From Patescibacteria group bacterium (GTDB lineage Bacteria; Patescibacteriota; Patescibacteriia; Patescibacteriales; UBA12465), in NCBI GenBank assembly GCA_029982795.1, contig JARRBY010000002.1, forward strand, positions 1 to 45,622: a stretch of 45,622 bases of DNA. The letters are read 5' to 3'. Every line of letters begins with the position of its first letter. Within the stretch, counting starts at the first letter, position 1. This document shows, piece by piece, positions 34,863 to 43,741 of this stretch. The position numbers and the translations under genes were made by a program. The notes below the pieces were generated by a model that saw only the letters and a program-made list of their open reading frames with translations, searched no databases and was not told the DNA's origin.

Positions 34863-36203
34863 TCATTGTTGATAAAATTCTTTCAGTAAACTATTAAACT
34901 CTTCGACTTTTTTATTATAAGAAATAATTTCAAAATAAGAAGCCGAATTAGTATCGGGAGGAGATGCTAATTTCTGATATAACGAATTAAGATAAGCCGC
35001 CTTATCTCTAACTAAAGCTTCTCCTAAATATAATTTACCGGCCGTTTTTTTTAGTATCTTTATCTCTCCTAAGTTGGCTGTGGAAAAAAGATTGGAAAAA
35101 TCATAAGTAGAGGTTAAAGCCTGACCATTACTTATATTTTGGGGGATAACTCCCGGCGGAAAATAATTGGTAGTTTCAACATAGCAATAACCTGAATTAT
35201 TAATTGAATATTTATTTTCACAAGCTAAACCAAGGGCACTGTGATTAATGTCGGGGAAATTCATGATAGCCACTCCAAAACCTAACTTCTTTATAATCTG
35301 AAAAGCAAGCAATGTTTTATCCGAACAAATCCCCTTATTTAAAAAGAGTGTTTCGTAAGGATAATAAAGAGAAATGTCACTTTGCTCAGCCTTATCATAG
35401 TCATAAGGAATATACTGTACAAAAGCAAGCGCTAATTCCGCCAAACCATCAGCGCCAAGCTTATTTTTATAAGCTATTTCCTGAAGAGCGGCCACTATTT
35501 TATCAATACTATCATCCCCTTCTTTAACATTTAAAAAAATATCATAAAAAGCCTCTTCTAAACTGGTTGGCGGATTATTAACCGCATAAGTTAAAACCTT
35601 AGGCGCGCTTTGATAACTTTGATACAAATCTGGAGATAAAGTGAGGCTAAAAGTATTAATTTCATTTAAATACTTAAAAGAAAAAATCTTTTCGACTAAA
35701 TTTTCATTGACTTTAATTTCATCAATACTGTTAATATCAGCAAAAGTGGTAAGGGGTAAAGCAGAATAAGGAGCTAGAGCAATATTTTCCAAGTCAGCAT
35801 TACTAATTCCCAACCCCAATTGACGCATTAGCGCTAAGGCATCAGCGGGTCGCCCTAAATAATACAACTTTAAATCAAGAGGATTGACATAATAAGCTTG
35901 ACCCTTATCTTCAACTTGCAACAGAATTTTACCGCTCAATCGTCTTGGTGCCTGAGTCGCTAAAAAATTTTTAAGTTCCCCGGTTTTTACCCCTAAACCT
36001 AAATTCTGCATTAAAGCAAAAGCATCATGAGGACGACCCAAATAATACCGTTTAGAGGAAACTGGTTCGACATACCACGCTTCACCGTGAGCCTCAACCT
36101 GTAACAAAATGCGACCCGCCAAATCAGCGGCAAAAATAGTATCTCCCAAGAAAAATGAAAAACAGAAAAAAAGTCCTACTAATATTTTTCTATTTATTTT
36201 CAT
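34863..36203 (-). CDS. Secreted protein with two tandem ~50-aa repeats plus a transglutaminase-like (papain-fold) Cys-His core
   Basis: 446 aa with signal peptide (...GDTIFA). Repeats are GRILLQVEAHGEAWYVEPVSSKRYYLGRPHDAFALMQNLGLGV and GKILLQVEDKGQAYYVNPLDLKLYYLGRPADALALMRQLGLGI. The C-terminal region has NKGICSDKTLLAFQIIKKLGF...NHSALGL...YVETT. Confidence 0.65.
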   Translation of the reverse strand: MKINRKILVGLFFCFSFFLGDTIFAADLAGRILLQVEAHGEAWYVEPVSSKRYYLGRPHDAFALMQNLGLGVKTGELKNFLATQAPRRLSGKILLQVEDKGQAYYVNPLDLKLYYLGRPADALALMRQLGLGISNADLENIALAPYSALPLTTFADINSIDEIKVNENLVEKIFSFKYLNEINTFSLTLSPDLYQSYQSAPKVLTYAVNNPPTSLEEAFYDIFLNVKEGDDSIDKIVAALQEIAYKNKLGADGLAELALAFVQYIPYDYDKAEQSDISLYYPYETLFLNKGICSDKTLLAFQIIKKLGFGVAIMNFPDINHSALGLACENKYSINNSGYCYVETTNYFPPGVIPQNISNGQALTSTYDFSNLFSTANLGEIKILKKTAGKLYLGEALVRDKAAYLNSLYQKLASPPDTNSASYFEIISYNKKVEEFNSLLKEFYQQ

Positions 36204-36885
36204 AATCTAAAAGAGTAATAAACATATCTTTCTGCGGTGGATGTGGCAAGTGACTAATACTGTTTACATAGACTATTTTAATATAACCTTCTTTATCAAT
36301 TATAATTTTCGTAATTGAAGATTGAAATATTTCTAATGATAAAAAACCTATTATATCAGCATTAAGAACCCCGGTAATTAAAGCTTTAATAAAATTTCCG
36401 TGACTAAAAACAGCTATTTTCTTTCCCTTGTTTTCTTTATAAATTTCCGCCAAACTACGTCGGGCCTCTGTTTGCATTTTATCAAGTTCTTTATCCAAAA
36501 CCTTATGTTTTTTTAAACGTTTTTCTCTTTCTGTTTCAGTCATATTAAAATACTTCATTTTGTACCAATGCACCCAATGAAACTCATTAACCCGAGGATT
36601 GATAATTAACTTCTTCTTTTTCTGTTTAACAAAACTATAAGCGGTTTGTTGCGCTCTTTTTAATTCACTGGCATAGACAACATCAATTTTAGCGGATAAA
36701 AGACGCTTCGTTAAATAACGTCTTTGTGTTAAACCGTCTTTAGAAAGAGGGATATTATAATCACCTAATTTTTTTTGCTTACTGTAATCCGGATGACAAT
36801 GACGTATTAAAAGAATTTCTGTATATGGCCTTTTTGTTTTCGGTTGTATTTCGGAATAAGGATTATTATATTTTTTAGTAGCCAT
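36190..36885 (-). CDS. Histidine phosphatase family protein (phosphoglycerate mutase-like)
   Basis: 231 aa. An RH motif (LLIRHCHP) and a distal His (VFSHGNFI). Confidence 0.8.
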   Translation of the reverse strand: MATKKYNNPYSEIQPKTKRPYTEILLIRHCHPDYSKQKKLGDYNIPLSKDGLTQRRYLTKRLLSAKIDVVYASELKRAQQTAYSFVKQKKKKLIINPRVNEFHWVHWYKMKYFNMTETEREKRLKKHKVLDKELDKMQTEARRSLAEIYKENKGKKIAVFSHGNFIKALITGVLNADIIGFLSLEIFQSSITKIIIDKEGYIKIVYVNSISHLPHPPQKDMFITLLDYENK

Positions 36886-36919
36886 AAATAATAAATAAAA
36901 AAATCAAAACTGCAATTAC

Positions 36920-37510
36920 TTATAAATTACCAGCGACAAAATGCCAATTAACTAAATTAGACAGTACCGCTTCAACAAAATCAGCTCGTCTATTTTGATA
37001 ATCAAGATAATATGAATGCTCCCAAACATCTAAGGCAAATAGGGGCTTTAACTGTAAAACAAGAGGATTTTCCGCATTAGCCGTTTTAATAATCTCTAAA
37101 CCATTTTCTCCTTTCACTAACCATACCCAACCACTGCCAAATTGAGCTAAAGCCGTTGCTTTAAATTTAGCCTGAAATTCTTCCAGTGAACCAAAAGAAG
37201 CAATTAAGGCTTCCTGCAAATTTTCCGGCAGCTGTTTCTCTTTACTATCCGGACTTAAACTCTGCCAAAAGAAATTATGATTATAGACTTGAGCGGCGTT
37301 ATTAAAAATCGCTGTCTTATCTACCTGCTGATAAGAATTAATTATAATTTCCTCTAAACTTAAACTTTCCCAATCTGTACCGGCTATTAGTTTATTTAAA
37401 TTATCAATATAAGCCTGATGATGTTTGCCATAATGAAAATTTATTGTTTCCTCAGACATATAAGGACTAAGGGCATTTTTTTCATAAGGTAAAGTCATTA
37501 ATGTAAACAT
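36920..37510 (-). CDS. sodB: Superoxide dismutase, Fe-type signature
   Basis: 196 aa with HYGKHHQAY, NNAAQVYNHNFFW (Fe-type AAQ), DVWEHSYYLDYQNRR. Confidence 0.9.
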   Translation of the reverse strand: MFTLMTLPYEKNALSPYMSEETINFHYGKHHQAYIDNLNKLIAGTDWESLSLEEIIINSYQQVDKTAIFNNAAQVYNHNFFWQSLSPDSKEKQLPENLQEALIASFGSLEEFQAKFKATALAQFGSGWVWLVKGENGLEIIKTANAENPLVLQLKPLFALDVWEHSYYLDYQNRRADFVEAVLSNLVNWHFVAGNL

Positions 37511-37568
37511 ATGTTTTTGTATTAATTTATTAATTTTTTCTATAAGTATTATAACAGAATTAAAAAAG

Positions 37569-38162
37569 TTAGTCTAAAATACCGCTTTGATTATCAATTT
37601 TACTATTTTTTAAATACAATCTCCATTTTTTATAATCAGGCACCACCATCCTGACCAATTGCCAAAAACTAAAAGAATGATTAAATTCCTGAAGATGACA
37701 AAGTTCATGAGTAACCACATATGTTAAAGCACCTTCTTCCAAAAAAGCTAAACGATAATTAAAATTTAAATTACCAGAATAAGAACAACTTCCCCACCGT
37801 GTCTTTTGGTTACGAATACTAATATTTTTATATTTAAAGCCATAAAACTGATTAATCTCTTCAACTTTATTTTTTATAATAAACGTTGCTTGCTTTTTAT
37901 AACGCTTATAATGCTGCTCTTGAATTTGTTTCTTTTCACCACGATTTAAAGCGGGTGTTATTTGTAAAATTTCAATTTGTTTCTTTAACCAATCTTCTTT
38001 AAGTTTAATAAATTCTTCCGCCTTTTTTACCGACACAAAATAAGGTTTAGTTACAACAATACGCCCGTCTTTATAAACTAATAAACTTAGTTTTAACGAG
38101 CGTTTAATATTTTTAAATGTTACAAGCCAAGTATTATCGGCAATTGAAAGGGATTTAATCAT
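37569..38162 (-). CDS. YgjP-like metallopeptidase (DUF45 / M48-related, HExxH)
   Basis: 197 aa with WGSCS...VVTHELCHLQEFNHS. ATGA overlap with rlmN. Confidence 0.8.
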   Translation of the reverse strand: MIKSLSIADNTWLVTFKNIKRSLKLSLLVYKDGRIVVTKPYFVSVKKAEEFIKLKEDWLKKQIEILQITPALNRGEKKQIQEQHYKRYKKQATFIIKNKVEEINQFYGFKYKNISIRNQKTRWGSCSYSGNLNFNYRLAFLEEGALTYVVTHELCHLQEFNHSFSFWQLVRMVVPDYKKWRLYLKNSKIDNQSGILD

Positions 38163-39184
38163 TTATGTGCCCGTCTATTTTTTAATTGCCCACAAGCAGC
38201 TTCAATCTCAGCGCCAAAACTAAGACGTACCGTTGTCGCCACTCCTTTAGATTCCAATATCTCTTTAAATTTTTTTATTGTCTCCGGTTGAGAAGCGCGA
38301 TAACGACCGGTTTCGTTATAAGGAATTAAATTTACCAAATACAAAGGCTTAGCCATTAGTTTTGCTAAAGTTAAGGCATTTTGTTCACTATCATTTTCAG
38401 CCTTTATCAGTACATACTCAAACATCACCCGACGCCCAGTTTTTTTTATATAATTATCAACAGCCCGTAAAATATCCTCAATTTTGTTTTTCCCAGCTAC
38501 CGGCATTAATTTTTGACGCAAACTATCAGTTGGTGCATGTAAAGAAATCGCTAAATTGATTTGTATTTTTTCTCCTGCCAAACGTTTAATACCGGAAATA
38601 ATACCTGCTGTTGAAACTGATAAGCGACGAGCACCAATATTCATTGTCTCCGGATTATTCATAAACTTCACCGCTTTAATAAACTCTTGATAATTTAAAA
38701 ATGGTTCACCCATGCCCATAAATACCACATTATCCACCTTACCTATCCCTTTTAAAGCTCGATTCCAAAAAACAACTTGCTCTATCATCTCCCCAAAACT
38801 TAAATTTCTTGTAAATCCCTTCAAACCACTAGCACAAAAAGTACAAGCCATCGGACAACCAACTTGAGTAGAAACGCACACCGTATATCTTGCCTCTTTA
38901 TTTTCTTTTTTTCCTGATTTTTGACTAATTAAAACTGTTTCAATAAGGGCGCCATCAGCTAAACTTATCAGGGCTTTCTGATTTCCCTTTTGCTTTAAAT
39001 TTATTTTTACCTCTGATTTAATTTCTAAAGGACACTCCTTTGCTAATTTTTCTCTTAACACTTGAGGTAAACTTGAAGCCTCCTGCCAAGAAGAAATATA
39101 ATCTTGAAATAAAAATTTATTTACTTGTTGGTAACGATATTTTGGCTCTTTTTCTAATGTTGCTGATAATTTTTCTAAATTCAT
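38159..39184 (-). CDS. rlmN: 23S rRNA/tRNA (adenine-C2)-methyltransferase RlmN (radical SAM)
   Basis: 341 aa. The radical SAM CPMACTFC motif and MGMGEPFLN. Confidence 0.92.
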   Translation of the reverse strand: MNLEKLSATLEKEPKYRYQQVNKFLFQDYISSWQEASSLPQVLREKLAKECPLEIKSEVKINLKQKGNQKALISLADGALIETVLISQKSGKKENKEARYTVCVSTQVGCPMACTFCASGLKGFTRNLSFGEMIEQVVFWNRALKGIGKVDNVVFMGMGEPFLNYQEFIKAVKFMNNPETMNIGARRLSVSTAGIISGIKRLAGEKIQINLAISLHAPTDSLRQKLMPVAGKNKIEDILRAVDNYIKKTGRRVMFEYVLIKAENDSEQNALTLAKLMAKPLYLVNLIPYNETGRYRASQPETIKKFKEILESKGVATTVRLSFGAEIEAACGQLKNRRAHK

Positions 39185-39190
39185 ATATTT

Positions 39191-40294
39191 TTATTTAAGA
39201 GGCTTTAATTTTATTAGAGAAATTTCACCCCGTCCACTCGTACGCATTGGTGGCCCCCAAGTACCTAAACCACTGTTAACTATTAAATTAAAATCTCCTT
39301 TTTTAAAAAATCCGGCATCATAACCTTTATAGGCAATCTTAGCTAAATAATTAAAAGGAAATAATTGACCACGATGAGTATGCCCTGATAATTGCAAATC
39401 AATACCGGCTTGAATCGCCAAATTTATATTTCGAGGTTCGTGATACAAAAGCAAACTAGCCTGCTTAGAATTATACCCCACTTGATCTAAAATTGCTTGA
39501 TAAAGATTAAAATCTTTTTTAAAAGAGTAATTAATACCAATAATTTGTAGTCCTGATATCACTTTCATTTTATTATCTAAAATAATAAGAGGAGTTTTAC
39601 TTAACAATTGTTTAACTCGATTAAAACCAAGATAAAAATCATGGTTACCAAGGGAATAATATATTCCTTGTTTAGTTTTAAGTTGAGAAAAAGGATTATT
39701 AAGCCAAGTAAAATCACTTTCCATTCCATCAAACAAATCGCCGGTAATACAAACTAATTCCGGTTCAAGCTGATTAATTCTTTTTATTGTTTTTTGTAAA
39801 AAATTTTTACGATAAACCGGCCCTAAATGAATATCAGAAATTTGCACTATTTCCTTATCCCACCAATACTCAGGCAAATCTTTAATCCTCACCTCATAAT
39901 ATTTAACCTTGGTTGCAAAAGCCTTAAAAATACCAAAAATACTAAGACCGAGACTACTGAAAAATACTACATTAGACAATAATAAATTGTTAACAAAAAA
40001 GGTGGGGAATAAAAATTTAAATAAATAAACTACGGTTGCGATTAATATAAAATTAACCAAAAAACCCGTCCATATTCCCGAAAAAAAATAATAAACTCGT
40101 ATTAAAGTTCTATCTTTTTTATGAATTAAATACGACGAAATAACAATAGATAAAAATAAAAATAAAAAAATTAAACCACTAATTACTGAACCAGCCTGAT
40201 TTAAAGCAAATAAATTTCGCCAGATAATCCAAGTTAAAACATGACCGCCGAGCAGTAAAATCACTGAAACTGCAAAAAATATAAATTGCATCAT
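39191..40294 (-). CDS. Membrane-anchored metallophosphoesterase (YkuE-like)
   Basis: 367 aa. About 4 N-terminal TM segments, then calcineurin-like motifs ISDIHLG, TGDLFDG, LGNHD and SGHTHRGQ. Confidence 0.85.
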   Translation of the reverse strand: MMQFIFFAVSVILLLGGHVLTWIIWRNLFALNQAGSVISGLIFLFLFLSIVISSYLIHKKDRTLIRVYYFFSGIWTGFLVNFILIATVVYLFKFLFPTFFVNNLLLSNVVFFSSLGLSIFGIFKAFATKVKYYEVRIKDLPEYWWDKEIVQISDIHLGPVYRKNFLQKTIKRINQLEPELVCITGDLFDGMESDFTWLNNPFSQLKTKQGIYYSLGNHDFYLGFNRVKQLLSKTPLIILDNKMKVISGLQIIGINYSFKKDFNLYQAILDQVGYNSKQASLLLYHEPRNINLAIQAGIDLQLSGHTHRGQLFPFNYLAKIAYKGYDAGFFKKGDFNLIVNSGLGTWGPPMRTSGRGEISLIKLKPLK

Positions 40295-40299
40295 ACTTT

Positions 40300-41589
40300 T
40301 TAATTTGGTAATTTAAAAGGCCAATCGGCTATTCTTGCCCGAGTACCTAATTCCCGTTCTATTATTATTAAACGATTATATTTAGCTGTTCTTTCCGTAC
40401 GAGCTAAAGATCCCGTCTTAATTTGTCCTGAACCCATCGCCACCGCTAAATCAGCAATAAAGGTATCTTCCGTTTCACCGCTACGATGAGAAATAATAGT
40501 TGTCAAACCATTTTGCTGCGCTTGATTAATGGTGGCAATCGTTTCAGTCAAAGTTCCAATTTGATTTAATTTGATTAAAATTGAATTACTGGCCTTCTCC
40601 TTTATGCCCCGCTCTAAACGTTCTCTATTGGTAACATATAAATCATCTCCCACTAATTGCAAATTAGGATTAGTTTTGAGAAATTTAGCAAAAGAAATAA
40701 AATCATCTTCAAAAAAGGCATCCTCTAGCGATACTAAGGGATATTTTTTAATAATTTGCTGATAAAACTCCGCCAACTCATCACTAGTTAATTTTTTCCC
40801 CTCCTTCTTTAAGTTATACACTCCGGCTTCAAAAAATTCACTAGCAGCAGCATCTAAAGCAATTACAATATCAGTCCCAAAAATATAACCAGCTCTTTGA
40901 GTTGCTTCTTCCAATAAAGAAAAAGGCTCACTATTATTTTTAACATTAGGAGCAAAACCACCTTCATCACCGATTAAAGTACTATAATTTTTTTCCTTTA
41001 ATACCTGTTTTAAAGAAGCATAAACTTCGGCTCCCATTCTAACTGCATCGGCTATAGTTTTAGCTCTCTGAGGGATTATCATATATTCTTGAATATCACT
41101 TGCCCAAGCAGCATGTTGTCCTCCATTTAATACATTCATCATTGGTCGAGGTAATAAATAAGTCCCTGAAAAATTAGGATTAAACTTGGTTAAATACTGA
41201 TACAAGGCTTGTCCTTTAGCTTTTGCCGCCACTTTTGCCACCGCTAAGGAAACCGCTAAAATCGCATTAGCCCCTAATTTAGACTTATCCGCAGTACCAT
41301 CTAACTCTATCATAATTTGATCAATTTCTTCTTGCTTTTCTGCTTGATAACCCCGCAAAGCAGGAGCGATAACTTCTTCAATATTTTTAATTGCTCCCAA
41401 TACTCCTTTTCCCCAATAGCGCTTCATATCTTTATCCCTTAATTCCTTAGCCTCATAAGTTCCGGTTGAAGCCCCACTAGGGACCATTGCTTGTTCACTA
41501 ATTCCATTATTTAATTGTATCTGAACCGCCACGGTTGGATTACCGCGTGAATCTAAAATTTCATAAGCTTTTATCTTGTCTATCTTCAT
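40300..41589 (-). CDS. eno: Enolase
   Basis: 429 aa with ILDSRGNPTV, SHRSGETED and IKTGSLARTERTAKYN. Confidence 0.96.
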   Translation of the reverse strand: MKIDKIKAYEILDSRGNPTVAVQIQLNNGISEQAMVPSGASTGTYEAKELRDKDMKRYWGKGVLGAIKNIEEVIAPALRGYQAEKQEEIDQIMIELDGTADKSKLGANAILAVSLAVAKVAAKAKGQALYQYLTKFNPNFSGTYLLPRPMMNVLNGGQHAAWASDIQEYMIIPQRAKTIADAVRMGAEVYASLKQVLKEKNYSTLIGDEGGFAPNVKNNSEPFSLLEEATQRAGYIFGTDIVIALDAAASEFFEAGVYNLKKEGKKLTSDELAEFYQQIIKKYPLVSLEDAFFEDDFISFAKFLKTNPNLQLVGDDLYVTNRERLERGIKEKASNSILIKLNQIGTLTETIATINQAQQNGLTTIISHRSGETEDTFIADLAVAMGSGQIKTGSLARTERTAKYNRLIIIERELGTRARIADWPFKLPN

Positions 41590-41595
41590 ATTTTT

Positions 41596-42624
41596 TTAAA
41601 AATTAATATAAGTTTTTTGTATATAATTTTCAGTTTTATCAATCACCTTCTTTAAAATCTTAATCGCCGCCAAAGGATGATTACCAACTGAAATTTCATC
41701 CGATAACATAATTGCATCCGCTCCATCTAAAACCGCATTAGCAATATCACTTACTTCCGCCCGTGTTGGTACAGGATTTAATATCATGGAAGTCATAACT
41801 TGAGTCGCAATAATTGCCGGTGTAGAATGCCAATGGGAATGACGAATTAAATTTTTTTGCACTAAAGGTAAATCTTCAATCGGAGTCTCAATTCCCAAAT
41901 CACCCCGAGCAATCATAATATAATCTGACGCCGTAATGATACGATCAATATTTTTTAAAGCAATCCCACGTTCAATTTTTGCGATAATTTTTACTTTCGA
42001 ATTCTTTCCTAATTCTTTCTTTAGTTTTAAAATATCAGCGGCTGTTTGTACAAAAGATAAACCGACGTATTCCATACCAATTTTTAGACCAAAATGTAAA
42101 TCATGAATATCCTTAGCGGTTAAACCACCTTTACGCATATTTGTATTAGGGACATTAATTGCTTTGTGGGAAGTTAAAACACCGCCATGCATTACCTTAC
42201 CGGTTATAATTCTCCCTTTAACTTTTGTTACCACCAGTTCAATTTCACCATTACATAAAAATAAAGGATCATTTTTTTTAATATCTAAAGATAAATCTTT
42301 ATTGTCAATCGGAATAATGCCACCAATTTCATATGGTTTTTTAGAATAAACAAAATCATAATCATTACCCTCTTCTAAAATTATTCCTCCGGCCGGCATT
42401 TTACCAACCCGAATTCTTGGTCCTTGTAAATCAAGCAACATTCCAACCTGACTATCAGTTTTTTTATTATAATCACTTACTATTTTTCTAACTTTTTTAT
42501 ACTGTGCTTGAGTGGCATGAGAAAAGTTAAGACGAACAATATCGGCTCCCGCTTCAAGTAGGGGCAATAATTTATCCTTATCTTCACTTTTTGGTCCAAT
42601 CGTAATAATAATTTTCGTACGCAT
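41596..42624 (-). CDS. pyk: Pyruvate kinase, short form (A and B domains only)
   Basis: 342 aa with RTKIIITIGP, RLNFSHA, MIARGDLGIE and TQVMTSM. It ends where the canonical C-terminal domain would begin. Confidence 0.88.
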   Translation of the reverse strand: MRTKIIITIGPKSEDKDKLLPLLEAGADIVRLNFSHATQAQYKKVRKIVSDYNKKTDSQVGMLLDLQGPRIRVGKMPAGGIILEEGNDYDFVYSKKPYEIGGIIPIDNKDLSLDIKKNDPLFLCNGEIELVVTKVKGRIITGKVMHGGVLTSHKAINVPNTNMRKGGLTAKDIHDLHFGLKIGMEYVGLSFVQTAADILKLKKELGKNSKVKIIAKIERGIALKNIDRIITASDYIMIARGDLGIETPIEDLPLVQKNLIRHSHWHSTPAIIATQVMTSMILNPVPTRAEVSDIANAVLDGADAIMLSDEISVGNHPLAAIKILKKVIDKTENYIQKTYINF

Positions 42625-42637
42625 AAGTTTAATTATA

Positions 42638-43738
42638 TTATTTTATAGTTTTATTTATATCTTTTAACCAAAGTTGATAAAATTCTAAATTATTAATACT
42701 GGCCAAACGTGCCCCTAAGGGATCTTTAAGTTTAAACAAATGATGGAGAAAGGCTAAAGAATTATTTTGCAAAGTTAAAAATTTACTAGCAGGATTAATG
42801 GCCTGATAATTTTGCAAATACTTAGTATTATTAATATTTATTGTTTCATAACTATCAGCTTGTTTGAAAAACAACTTTCCGTGTCGTCCTTCTCGCGTAG
42901 GAATAACGCAATCAAACATATCCCAACCAAGAGTAACACAATATTTAATGTCTTCGGGCGTACCCACACCAAGCGCAAAACGTAAAGCATCGCCGGGAAT
43001 AAATTGAGCGCTTTGACGCAAAACTTCACCTAAAAAATTACCATCTTTATCAACCGGTCGAGCACCAAAACCATAACCAGAAAAACCAATCTTTTTTAAT
43101 TCACTGGCGCAAAAACGACGCAAGTCTATTTCCGCCCCTCCTTGAATAACGGAAAAAAGAAGGGGCCTATCTTCTAACGAAATATTTCTTATTTTTATTT
43201 GTCTTAAATACTCCCGTTTACAACGTTTAGCCCACGCAATCGTCCTTTTTACCGATTGTTCCATGCTATTACGACTTATTTCATTAGGCGGACAATCGTC
43301 TAAACAAACCATCATATCAACTCCTAAATCAAACTGAATTTGAATAGATTTTTCTGGAGTTAAATCATGCCAATTACCCGATAAAGGAGATTTAAAAACC
43401 ACCTTATCAGCCCTAATTTTGCCCATTTTTTGATTCTTGTAAATCAAAGAGAACACTTGAAATCCGCCTGAATCGGATAAAAGCGGACCTTCCCAGGAAA
43501 TAAATTTATGTACTCCGCCGGCGGCTTTAATTACTTCTAACCCTGGTTGAAGATAAAGGTGAAAAGTATTAATAACCAGTGCTTGAGTTTGCGTTTGTTT
43601 GATTTCTTCACTGGTTAATAATTTAACAAAACCACGAGTAGCATCAGGCATGAAAAAAGGCGTTTTTATTTCTCCGTGTTTAGTTTTTATCTTCCCCCTC
43701 CGAATGCCGTTTTTATCAGTTTTAATTAAGGTAAACAT
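42638..43738 (-). CDS. tgt: tRNA-guanine transglycosylase family protein (divergent)
   Basis: 366 aa with LLSDSGGFQVFSL, MVCLDDCPP, VIQGG, and GVGTPEDI...DMFDCVIPTR. The expected CxCxxC Zn motif is absent. Confidence 0.85.
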   Translation of the reverse strand: MFTLIKTDKNGIRRGKIKTKHGEIKTPFFMPDATRGFVKLLTSEEIKQTQTQALVINTFHLYLQPGLEVIKAAGGVHKFISWEGPLLSDSGGFQVFSLIYKNQKMGKIRADKVVFKSPLSGNWHDLTPEKSIQIQFDLGVDMMVCLDDCPPNEISRNSMEQSVKRTIAWAKRCKREYLRQIKIRNISLEDRPLLFSVIQGGAEIDLRRFCASELKKIGFSGYGFGARPVDKDGNFLGEVLRQSAQFIPGDALRFALGVGTPEDIKYCVTLGWDMFDCVIPTREGRHGKLFFKQADSYETININNTKYLQNYQAINPASKFLTLQNNSLAFLHHLFKLKDPLGARLASINNLEFYQLWLKDINKTIK

Positions 43739-43741
43739 AAA

